A stretch of 64,000 bases of DNA, from contig JAYFNY010000001.1 in the NCBI GenBank assembly GCA_034933205.1, positions 79,920 to 143,919 of the forward strand. Direction: 5' to 3'. Origin of the DNA: Eubacteriales bacterium (GTDB taxonomy: Bacteria; Bacillota; Clostridia; Christensenellales; CAG-138). A program made the translations under genes and the position numbers. Each line of letters opens with the position of its first letter. Position 1 is the first letter of the stretch. The notes under the pieces were generated by a model. The model searched no databases. It worked only from the letters and a program-made list of their open reading frames with translations, and was not told the origin of the DNA. Below, piece after piece: positions 34,574 through 42,643 of the stretch.

Positions 34574-36049
34574 TCAGCTCGGTTCGACGACCGTGCCGTC
34601 GATGGCGTTGATGGTTAGAAGCGCCCTTTGCCCGTTTGTTCCGAGCGCTTCCGGCTCACCGTCGTTGACGCAACCGACCTCGTAGCCGAGAAAAGTCCAG
34701 ACGGGGATCAGCAGCCGGGTATCCGCGTCGCTCGATTCCGCCACGCTGGAGAGCCCCAGCCGAACGCTGGATACGTAGTAATCCGTCGTGAGTTTGGGCG
34801 TTCCGTCCTTGTTCCAGGCTTCGGATTCCGTTGGATTGTCGACCACGAGAATCATCTTTTCAAACACGGACTGAATCTGCGAAAACGGCAGAAGATCCGC
34901 CGCAGGGGTCATTTCGCCGAGAAGATCCTGCGGGTTGTCATAGGTCACCTGAAAGATGCCTTCGTTGTCCACGCAGACCTGAATCAGCTCGAAGTTCTCG
35001 TCCGCATAAGAGCTGCTGTTCCAGTAAAGCACCTGCGCGTCTTGGATCTGTCGCAGAAAGAAGAAACGATAGTAGGCAAAATCCCGGTTGTCGCTCAGGC
35101 ACGCCTGCCGGTATGCACAGACGAACTGCGGATACCCCAGCGCGTCCACAACCGCCCGCGCCTGCGCTTCGGCGTCTTCCTGCGTTACGCTCAGAAGGCC
35201 TTTTACGTCCTCCAGATCGGAATTCATTGCGCCAACGGTGTGCTGGATGTCCCGCGCGTATTCAAAGAAACAGCTGGAGAGCACCTCCGGGCAATTATGG
35301 AAGGCCAGCCGCGAAACCGTCGCGTCATCGGGCATGGCAAAGTGCGCCTGGTAGCAATCCGTCGTTTCGATCGAACCCTGATCGTTTGAAGCGGCGATCG
35401 GCTTCCAGCCCGAAAAGTCCGGCTGTATCGCGGGGAGCGAGTCCGGCAGCGAAGGAAGCAATGCCTGCATTTCGGAAAGCGCCTGCTCCGCCTCGCTCTT
35501 TGTGTAGTAGCGCAGGTCGTATTTTATGTTGCCATAAGCGTCCCAGTGCGCAATCGAATCGCTCAAATCCTCGATTTCACGCTGTAAATAGGCTTTCGTG
35601 AAGTGGGCGTCTGCGCGTGTGTCGTCAATGTAGTGCGCATCCTTCCCCAGCAGTACGTTTGCGATCCGCGCGGCTTCCTCGCCGGTAAACGAATGCAGCC
35701 TCGTGCGTATGACCGGCAGATCCGCGTTCGGAAGCTCGACGGCGGCGCTGACATGCACCTTGAGGTAGCCGGACGCGCTTTGCAGCTCTGCGGTATATGT
35801 TTCCGGCGCACCAAGACGCGCATATCGATCGACGGACGCGGGTTTTGCCGTGTTCGAACCGGCGGTGGGGTTCGCCGAAGTCTGCGACTGCGACGCGGAT
35901 TCCACCATCTGCGCGGTATCGAGCGGAATCGGATTCGCCTTGGCGGCGTTACCGGGCGCGCCGCACCCGCAGAAGGCGAGGAGTATGCCGGCTGCGCCGA
36001 TCCAGCAGAGAAAGCGGTGAAACGACTGCCTGAATTTCCTCCAGTTCAT
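34574..36049 (-). CDS. Uncharacterised lipoprotein, family member A1 (C-terminal PVW..G / INAIDG module)
   Basis: 491 aa. Signal MNWRKFRQSFHRFLCWIGAAGILLAFCGC. C-terminus ...LLIPVWTFLGYEV...LLTINAIDGTVVEPS. N-terminus is paralogous to B3 (50328-51830). Confidence 0.85.
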   Translation of the reverse strand: MNWRKFRQSFHRFLCWIGAAGILLAFCGCGAPGNAAKANPIPLDTAQMVESASQSQTSANPTAGSNTAKPASVDRYARLGAPETYTAELQSASGYLKVHVSAAVELPNADLPVIRTRLHSFTGEEAARIANVLLGKDAHYIDDTRADAHFTKAYLQREIEDLSDSIAHWDAYGNIKYDLRYYTKSEAEQALSEMQALLPSLPDSLPAIQPDFSGWKPIAASNDQGSIETTDCYQAHFAMPDDATVSRLAFHNCPEVLSSCFFEYARDIQHTVGAMNSDLEDVKGLLSVTQEDAEAQARAVVDALGYPQFVCAYRQACLSDNRDFAYYRFFFLRQIQDAQVLYWNSSSYADENFELIQVCVDNEGIFQVTYDNPQDLLGEMTPAADLLPFSQIQSVFEKMILVVDNPTESEAWNKDGTPKLTTDYYVSSVRLGLSSVAESSDADTRLLIPVWTFLGYEVGCVNDGEPEALGTNGQRALLTINAIDGTVVEPS

Positions 36050-36064
36050 CTTCGCTCCGCCTCC

Positions 36065-37546
36065 TTAAAATCCCTGCGTCTTGCTTACGACGCTGCCGTC
36101 GATCGCGTTGACGGAGAGATACGGTTCCTCCCGAAGGCCGACCGGCTCGCTCACGGTGCGCTGCACTTCGGTTCCGCCGGATAAAAAGTAATGTTCCTGT
36201 CCGTAGAAGTTCCAAACGGGGACCAGAAGGCCGGTTTCCACCGAATTTGCGTCGGGGATTCGCTGGAGCGAGAGCGTAATATGATCGATTACGATCGTAT
36301 ATGCGCTGTAGGTTTCGAGGTCGGATTCCAGCGGCTCGTTCACGACGCCCAGCAAGGATTTCGCAACCGTGAGGATCGAGGAAAAGGGGAGAAGGCTGGC
36401 GCGCTCGACCTCCGTATCCCCGACGGAAAGCGGGGAAACCCAGCTGAATCCCAGAAATCCGCCGTCGTCCAGCCGGACTTCCAGCGTTTCGTAGGCCCAC
36501 TCTTTTCCGCTGTCGATGCTGCCGAAATAGGAGCGGTTGAACGGACTCTGAATTTCCACGCCGCCGACGGTACGCCGGGCTTCCACAAAGTAAGCGTAGT
36601 GTCCCGCGTCCGCCGCCTCGGAATCGCTGGCCAGATACACGCGAAACGGCCGCATGTTGGCGATTTCAAGCGTTTCAAACAGGGCCGCGACACGGTCCAG
36701 CGCTTCCTGCGGCGTCGTGTCGAGCTCGGAAATCCGCGCTTCCCCTGTGACGTCGCGCAGTCGATACAGCCCGACTGCGACGCGGCTGCTGTCGAAATAG
36801 GAAAGGCTGGCTTCGCTGCGCAGTATGGCCGTGGTTTCGCCGCCGGCTTCGGACGCCGCCGTGGGATAAGAAATGTTATTCCGGGCGTAAAACTCCTTCG
36901 TCCAGGGCTGCTCCGGCGCGTTTACCGCCTCGAATATCTCCTGCGTGCCGCCGTCCGAGACGGTCGTTTTCGAAAGCCGGGCGGAAGAAACCGGGTCGCC
37001 GAGATCGTCTCTTGCGGTCAGAAGGTCAATTTTGAGTTTGGCGATTTCCGCCTGATAGTCCGCGCGCCAGGCGTCGTCGCCCGTGCCATCCGGAGAATCG
37101 TTGTTATCCAGATCGTTTTGCATGGAGTCGATGCGGTCCTGAAGGGTCCGCTTCGTCCGGAACAGATTGCTATAGTCGTACATCGCGGTGCCGCCGCAAA
37201 AATAGTCGTATGCGCGCTCGACCATATCCTGCGAAAACTCGGCGGCCGAGACGCGGTAGATCGAAAGATGGTCCGTCGCCGGGACCGTAACGTCCGCCGA
37301 GATCCGGACCGTGAATCTTTCGCTTTGCGTCGGAAGGGCGGTTTCCTCCACCCGGTCCGGCACGCCGAGGCTCTCCTGCAGCGTTTGCTCCGCCGTGCTG
37401 ACGGGCGGCTGCGCGGCGGTTGCGATCATCTGCTCGGTATCCTTGCTCACCAAAGGAGCGGCGGATTCGTTTGCCGCTCCGCAGGCGGAAAGCGCGCCGG
37501 CAAGCAGCGCGCAAACCGCGAGCGAAGCGATCGTTCTTTTCAGCAT
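36065..37546 (-). CDS. Uncharacterised lipoprotein, family member A2
   Basis: Start MLKRTIASLAVCALLAGALSAC (lipobox LSAC) with a GAGGG RBS; the track ORF extends to 37795. C-terminus ...GLLVPVWNFYGQE...YLSVNAIDGSVVSKTQGF. Confidence 0.85.
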   Translation of the reverse strand: MLKRTIASLAVCALLAGALSACGAANESAAPLVSKDTEQMIATAAQPPVSTAEQTLQESLGVPDRVEETALPTQSERFTVRISADVTVPATDHLSIYRVSAAEFSQDMVERAYDYFCGGTAMYDYSNLFRTKRTLQDRIDSMQNDLDNNDSPDGTGDDAWRADYQAEIAKLKIDLLTARDDLGDPVSSARLSKTTVSDGGTQEIFEAVNAPEQPWTKEFYARNNISYPTAASEAGGETTAILRSEASLSYFDSSRVAVGLYRLRDVTGEARISELDTTPQEALDRVAALFETLEIANMRPFRVYLASDSEAADAGHYAYFVEARRTVGGVEIQSPFNRSYFGSIDSGKEWAYETLEVRLDDGGFLGFSWVSPLSVGDTEVERASLLPFSSILTVAKSLLGVVNEPLESDLETYSAYTIVIDHITLSLQRIPDANSVETGLLVPVWNFYGQEHYFLSGGTEVQRTVSEPVGLREEPYLSVNAIDGSVVSKTQGF

Positions 37547-37601
37547 TCCATAACCCTCGCTTTCTGTTTTCCGCAGTTTCTGCTGCGGTTTCCTGGAAAC
37601 A

Positions 37602-37654
37602 ACGATAATGGAAAAACCGCATCGAGTCTTCATCAAGTCGTTAACGGAATGTAA
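37602..37654 (-). promoter_or_regulatory. Degenerate copy of the TTACA direct-repeat promoter upstream of A2
   Basis: Minus strand reads TTACATT-ccg-TTAACGA (37638-37654), then TATCGT at 37602-37607, the same -10 hexamer as upstream of B2. The third repeat is not recognisable. Confidence 0.35.
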
Positions 37655-37668
37655 TTTGTCGCTTTCGT

Positions 37669-37902
37669 TCAGGAAGCGGGTTCGAGCGTAATAATCTGGC
37701 CGCGCGAACGCTCGACAACCGAAACGGCAATTTTCGGCACGGCGAAGACCGAGAACAGGATCAGCGCCGCAAGGACGAGGTACAGAAGATTCCACTTGGA
37801 CCGGGTGAGTTTCGATCCAAAAAACTTTAAACCGGATAACTTTAATCCGGAAGGTTTTGATCCGGAAAGCTCCGATTCGGAAAATATGGACTTACGAAAC
37901 AT
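37669..37902 (-). CDS. Possible small single-pass membrane protein (77 aa) with a pentapeptide-repeat N-terminus
   Basis: ATG overlaps the HK stop by 11 nt, with AAGGTGGTG upstream. SGSKP/SGLKL/SGLKF/FGSKL is encoded by 15-bp tandem units (37816-37890), then the TM segment WNLLYLVLAALILFSVFAV. No homology recognised. Confidence 0.4.
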   Translation of the reverse strand: MFRKSIFSESELSGSKPSGLKLSGLKFFGSKLTRSKWNLLYLVLAALILFSVFAVPKIAVSVVERSRGQIITLEPAS

Positions 37903-39271
37903 TTTGGAACACCACCTTTACCGTCGTTCCGGCGCCCGGCTCGCTGAGAAACTCCAGCCGCGCATGGTGCAGCCGCGCGATCTCCTCCGCGAGCGCAAGC
38001 CCCAGCCCGATTCCGCCGGCCTTTTTGGAACGGGAACGGTCGATCCGGTAAAACGGCTGCGTGATTTTATCCAGCTCTTCCTTCGGCATGCCGCAGCCAT
38101 GGTCGCGGACAAAAAGGGTGTTTCCGCGCGCGGAAAGCTCGATTGTGTCGCCCGGACGGGAAGCTTTGCCCGCGTTGTCGATCAGGTTGAGAAGCAAACT
38201 CGCCATCAGGTCCGGCTCCATCGGCATCGTATCCATTTCGTTTTGTATGGAAAGCGTTACCCCGCGCCGGTGCAGCAGCTCGGCGGAGGAGGCGCGGACG
38301 GTCTCCAGCAAAAGGGCGACGCTTGCCGGCCGCAGTACCAGTTCGCCGTCCTGCTTTAGGACAATCAGCTGCATGAGCTTTTGCGAGAGGCGCTCGATGC
38401 GCAGACATTCGCTGTTGATGCCGAGAAGCGCGTCCTCGCGCTCTTCCTCGGTCATTTTTGTGGCTAGAAGCGTCTGCGCAATGCCGGATATGCCGGTGAC
38501 CGGCGTCTTCATTTCGTGCGTCAGCGCGGACATGAACATCGTTCGCCGCTCCGCTTCCTGCTTCAGGGCGTCCACATGCGTTTCCACCGCGTCGGCCATG
38601 CGGTTGAAGTCCGCGGCGAGCTCGCCGATTTCGTCGTCCTGCGTGATCCGTATGCGCTTGTCGTAAACGCCGCCGGCGAGGTACGCCGTGTTCTTCTGCA
38701 GCGTCCGGATGGGGCGCAGAACGGCACGCAGCAGCAGGATGAGCAAGCCGCCCGCCAGCGCGATCACGCCAAAGTTGACGAGCGCGAACTGGTGCGCCAT
38801 CGTTTCAACGCTCGTATAAACGGAGGTGATGTCGCTGATGACATAGAGCAGATAATCCGTGCTGTCGACCGTGACCCGGCTCCCGGCGAGCAGCAGGGAA
38901 CGCCCGCCGATTTCGGCGACGACATACTGCTGCGTATCCGCCGTGATCGGCAGGTAATTGGTCGGGTCGATCGACGTGCCGTTATAGATGGTATCGTCGC
39001 CGGAAAGGAGAATGGTCGTCCCCTCCGCAAATTTCGCGATCAGGTACCGCGCCAGACTGCGCTTGGCAACGGCGGTATACTGGCTGTCCAGTTCGGAAGT
39101 CATCGCCGTGGACCAGGAGGCGGCGCGCACCTGCTGGTTGGTCAAGGTGTTTTGAACCGAGAGCGCAAGGTTGCTTTCCCCGCTGCGCACGAGCATGATC
39201 AGCGAACACGCCCCGGTCGCGAAGACGACCAGGATCAGCGCAAGAAGGGAGACTTTGAGCCAAAGCTTCAT
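37892..39271 (-). CDS. Sensor histidine kinase (2 TM, extracytoplasmic loop, HAMP, HisKA, HATPase_c), module A
   Basis: 459 aa. H-box MFMSALTHEMKTPVT. N/G boxes LLLNLIDNAGKAS, DHGCGMP, GGIGLGLALA. Confidence 0.9.
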   Translation of the reverse strand: MKLWLKVSLLALILVVFATGACSLIMLVRSGESNLALSVQNTLTNQQVRAASWSTAMTSELDSQYTAVAKRSLARYLIAKFAEGTTILLSGDDTIYNGTSIDPTNYLPITADTQQYVVAEIGGRSLLLAGSRVTVDSTDYLLYVISDITSVYTSVETMAHQFALVNFGVIALAGGLLILLLRAVLRPIRTLQKNTAYLAGGVYDKRIRITQDDEIGELAADFNRMADAVETHVDALKQEAERRTMFMSALTHEMKTPVTGISGIAQTLLATKMTEEEREDALLGINSECLRIERLSQKLMQLIVLKQDGELVLRPASVALLLETVRASSAELLHRRGVTLSIQNEMDTMPMEPDLMASLLLNLIDNAGKASRPGDTIELSARGNTLFVRDHGCGMPKEELDKITQPFYRIDRSRSKKAGGIGLGLALAEEIARLHHARLEFLSEPGAGTTVKVVFQNVS

Positions 39272-39318
39272 ATATCGTACCCGTATTGTACCCGTTTTTC
39301 TTGCGGGCCTGCGTCGCG

Positions 39319-39981
39319 TCAGTCCTCCAGCCGGTAGCCGAGTTTGGAGACGGTTTTAATCTGCTCGTTCAGACCGAGCTTCTTGCGGATCTGCGCGATG
39401 TGGACGTCCACGGTGCGCGTTTCGCCCTGATAGTCCACGCCCCATACGCCGTGCAGCAGCCGCTCGCGGGAGAGCGCGATGTTTTTGTTTTTCGCAAGCA
39501 TCACAAGAAGGTCGAATTCCATCGGCTTAAGCGGGATCTCCTCGCCGTTTTGCCGCACGGAGCGTTCCAGAAGATTGATCGTCAGCGGACCGACCTCAAG
39601 CACCTGCCGCAGTTTTCCCGCGCGCTCGAGAACCTTTTCGATCCGTACAAGCAGTTCGAGCACCTCGAACGGTTTCACAATGTAGTCGTCCGCGCCGTCC
39701 CGCAGCCCGCGAACCTTGCTCTCCACGTCGTTTCGCGCGGTCAGGAAGATCACCGGGATCTGCGCGTGCCTGAGGACGCCGAGCAGCGCGAATCCGTCGA
39801 TTCCCGGCAGCATCACGTCCAGCAGGGCGAGATCGAAGTCCGTATCCCTTGCGATAGTCTTCGCGGCCTGCTCCCCGTCGAAACACGGCAAAACGGCGTA
39901 ACCCGCCGCCGTCAGGTTTTTCACGATTACTTTATGGATGCTTTCGTCGTCCTCGACCACAAGAATTCTATTTCGCGCCAT
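39319..39981 (-). CDS. OmpR/PhoB-family response regulator, module A
   Basis: Start MARNRILVVEDDE with a GGAGG RBS. Receiver domain (LLDVMLPGIDG, FLTARN, KPF) plus a winged-helix C-terminus (RTVDVHIAQIRKKL...GYRL). Confidence 0.9.
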   Translation of the reverse strand: MARNRILVVEDDESIHKVIVKNLTAAGYAVLPCFDGEQAAKTIARDTDFDLALLDVMLPGIDGFALLGVLRHAQIPVIFLTARNDVESKVRGLRDGADDYIVKPFEVLELLVRIEKVLERAGKLRQVLEVGPLTINLLERSVRQNGEEIPLKPMEFDLLVMLAKNKNIALSRERLLHGVWGVDYQGETRTVDVHIAQIRKKLGLNEQIKTVSKLGYRLED

Positions 39982-40004
39982 CGATCCATTCCTCCGATGG
40001 ATCC

Positions 40005-40058
40005 ATTCTATCATGGTATTTGTAAACGCGTCCGCATCAAGATGTAAACAAGATGTAA
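40005..40058 (-). promoter_or_regulatory. Triple direct-repeat (TTACA-type) promoter of the module-A RR-HK operon
   Basis: Minus strand reads TTACATC-ttgt-TTACATC-N15-TTACAAA-N8-TAGAAT. Repeat starts are spaced 11 and 22 nt, and the -10 lies 15 nt after the third repeat start. The spacing matches three other sites exactly. Confidence 0.6.
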
Positions 40059-40296
40059 TGTTATGCCGGCAAAGAGCGAACCGGCATGGAACGGTCGGGG
40101 GAAATCCGCAGGAAGCGCGTCGATTTACGGTATAATTGGACGGAGCGGCATAAAAGCCGGATCGTGCGCGCGGCTTGCAGAGAACCCGGCGCGAATCGGC
40201 GAAGCGCTCCCCGAATCGGTATTATTTTGGAAAAGAAGGAAGATTTCTTCGCCCTGCCGTGTCTTATAGTCAGAACCACAGCAAAAAGGAGGGCAA

Positions 40297-40800
40297 ATGG
40301 AACACAACACGCAACAAGCGCCAAGGCCGGATATCCGCTCGGCGGATGGATTCGCCGCGGCGGTGAGATCGATGGAACGGCTTTTGTTCGCGGCGAGTTA
40401 CTCCATACTGGGCAACAGCGACGCCTGCGCGGATGCGGTGCAGAACGCGCTCACGAAGGCTTGGGAGAACCGCGTGAATCTGCGCAACCCCGCGCAGTTC
40501 AAGAGCTGGGTGGTGCAGATCGTTCAGAACGAGAGCCGGAACTACCTGCGAAAACGGCCGAACCTTCCGCTGGATGAGAACATCCCGGCAACCGAGGCGG
40601 ATGCGAATCACATTGATGTAAAGCGGGCGGTCAACGCCCTGCCGGAATCCGCGCGGCTTGTCGTGATGCTCTATTACTTTGAGCGGTATTCGGTAAAGGA
40701 CATCTGCGCGCTGCTGAACCTGCCGGAGGGGACGGTGCATTCGCGCCTTTCCCGCGCACGCGAACAACTCAGAAAGGAGCTGCCGGACTATGAACGGTAA
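40297..40800 (+). CDS. ECF-type sigma-70 family RNA polymerase sigma factor, module A
   Basis: 167 aa. Region 2 (AVQNALTKAWEN...FKSWVVQIVQNESRNYLRK) and region 4 HTH (LVVMLYYFERYSVKDICALLNLPEGTVHSRLSRAREQL). AAAGGAGGG RBS. Confidence 0.9.
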   Translation: MEHNTQQAPRPDIRSADGFAAAVRSMERLLFAASYSILGNSDACADAVQNALTKAWENRVNLRNPAQFKSWVVQIVQNESRNYLRKRPNLPLDENIPATEADANHIDVKRAVNALPESARLVVMLYYFERYSVKDICALLNLPEGTVHSRLSRAREQLRKELPDYER

Positions 40801-42358
40801 CGAAAAAACACTGGATCAGTTTTTGCTTGAAAACCGGGTCTCGCCCCCGCCGGAATTCTCCGCGCGCATCGACGCGTTCTGCGGGCAGGTACAGCGGCGA
40901 ACGGGAGCAAGGGGCGCAAGAAAGCGCAAGGCGCGCACCGTCGCGAGGCGGGCTGCGTTTCTCGCAGCGTGCTTTGTGATTCTGCTCGCGCTTTCGGTGC
41001 TGGCGATTCCTACGGCCAGGGCCGCGGTGAGCGACTGGATCAGCGGTTGGTTCAACGCGCAGGACTATCTGGGGCAGGAGAGCGAAAACCGTACGCCGGA
41101 ACCCGCGATGGACGCCGTGATCACAAAAGTTGGCGACGACGAAAGAGAGATCGTGATTTCGGACGTCTACGACAGCGAGGAGGCCAGATCGCTGGCCGAA
41201 AACTTCGGTATTCGGCTGGACGAGGTGACCTATACGGGAGATACGATCTATATTACCGGCTGGTTTATGGGTACTTCCGGCAAGTTCCTGCTCGATCCCC
41301 GCACCGGCGGGGATACCGTGCACGAGAATAGCGAGTTCACCGAGGGCAGCATGGAGCTGACGCTGCCGGACGGCACGGTCTACTACGGCGCTTTGAATGC
41401 CTGCTATGACGAGCAGATGGAACAGATTGCGAGCGACAGCCTCGGCAAAGGACAGTTGGCGTATGACGAAAACGGCAATCTCGAGACCACCAACGCTGCT
41501 GCGGACGCACTCTGGTACGACTGGCTGGAGACGCATGAAGTACGCTTTACCTATACGGCGACGCCGGAGTCGGCCGTTCCCGCCGCCAAGCCGCTTTCCG
41601 GCCGGGTGGAAGCAGCGCTCTCGTTTCGGCAGTATTATCACGATGCAAAAAGTGATTCGGTCATTCCGCTGTTTCGGGCCGATCTGGGCACGGTGACGAT
41701 CGATGCGGACGCATACGCCGCCGTGACCAGCGGAAAGGAAGGCGGTCCGTCGGTTGCGCTCTCCGGTACGCATCGGATGCTCGTGGAAGAATGGGAGCAT
41801 ACCCAAAACGCGGCATACATACATTCCTCCGTTCACGATCTGGACTTTTCGGGCGTAACCGTCGCGGTGGAGTCGGTGTTCTTTACGCCGGACGGGCTGG
41901 ATGTTACCCTTCGAATGGATCTGCCGCAGAGCTGGACGCGGGCGGAACGCATCGCGGCGATACAGGGCGGCGAAACAGGCGGCATCGGGTTTGCCGTGTT
42001 TCTAGACGGAGAGGAAGTGCAGCATCCGTTCCTTTCGATCGGCACGAAATCGAATGCCGACACCGAAAACAAGGACGATCCATTCCTGACTTCGCAGATT
42101 ACCTTCTCCAACTCCACCCTCTCGCGCAGCCAGTGGGGCGGAGTAAAGACCATCACCTTCCTGCCGTATTGCAATGTTCCGGCGGAGGCTTCCGTTGTGG
42201 AGGTTGGCAGCGAGCGAACGCTTGTCGCGCCGACGCGGCTCGATCCGGGTGTGGTGGTGACCATGCTGGTGAACGAGGAGAGCACGCAGTACGCCGGCTG
42301 GCAGGAGGAGCGCCTGAACGATGCCGCGTTGACCATTCAACTGGACGATTACCGGTAA
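40790..42358 (+). CDS. Putative anti-sigma factor: short cytoplasmic N-terminus, 1 TM, about 440-aa extracytoplasmic domain, module A
   Basis: Start overlaps the sigma gene stop by 11 nt. TM segment AAFLAACFVILLALSVLAI. Paralog of 42644-44197: AIPTARAAVSDWISGWFNAQDYLGQE vs AIPSARAAVEEWINDWFSAREYFGQE, and both end LTI(Q/N)LDDYR. Confidence 0.65.
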   Translation: MNGNEKTLDQFLLENRVSPPPEFSARIDAFCGQVQRRTGARGARKRKARTVARRAAFLAACFVILLALSVLAIPTARAAVSDWISGWFNAQDYLGQESENRTPEPAMDAVITKVGDDEREIVISDVYDSEEARSLAENFGIRLDEVTYTGDTIYITGWFMGTSGKFLLDPRTGGDTVHENSEFTEGSMELTLPDGTVYYGALNACYDEQMEQIASDSLGKGQLAYDENGNLETTNAAADALWYDWLETHEVRFTYTATPESAVPAAKPLSGRVEAALSFRQYYHDAKSDSVIPLFRADLGTVTIDADAYAAVTSGKEGGPSVALSGTHRMLVEEWEHTQNAAYIHSSVHDLDFSGVTVAVESVFFTPDGLDVTLRMDLPQSWTRAERIAAIQGGETGGIGFAVFLDGEEVQHPFLSIGTKSNADTENKDDPFLTSQITFSNSTLSRSQWGGVKTITFLPYCNVPAEASVVEVGSERTLVAPTRLDPGVVVTMLVNEESTQYAGWQEERLNDAALTIQLDDYR

Positions 42359-42373
42359 ACGGAACTTCGGCAG

Positions 42374-42623
42374 CAAGGGCGCGCCCGAAACGACGCGCCC
42401 TGAGACCGTCAAAAAACTCGTTTTTTGACGGGACAACCGCTCTTTTCCTTTCGGCCTTCTGCCTTACGGGCGGAAAAGAGCACAAGGAACCCGCCCTAAC
42501 GGGCGCTCCGTTGCGCCGGATGAACCGGCACAGCCGGAAAAAACGGGTTAAGGGCTACGGCCCTTAACAATCCTAGAAACTTTTTTGACGGCCTGAGGGC
42601 GCGCCCGAAACGGCGCGCCCTTG
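42374..42623. repeat. About 250-bp intergenic element bounded by about 43-bp inverted repeats, each containing a GC hairpin
   Basis: Left arm CAAGGGCGCGCCCGAAACGACGCGCCCTGAGACCGTCAAAAAA (42374-42416). Right arm TTTTTTGACGGCCTGAGGGCGCGCCCGAAACGGCGCGCCCTTG (42581-42623). Internal hairpins include CCGTCAAAAAA-ctcg-TTTTTTGACGG and GTTAAGGGC-tac-GGCCCTTAAC. Confidence 0.75.
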
Positions 42624-42643
42624 TTTGTTTGTTCGTGGTTGGT

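Noticed and set aside
40182-40208. Candidate ECF-type autoregulatory promoters: GAACCC-N17-CGCT upstream of sigma A and GACACC-N17-CGCA (44737-44765, minus) upstream of sigma B
   Set aside because: There are only two instances of a low-information pattern and no independent support. It is worth testing but too weak to annotate.
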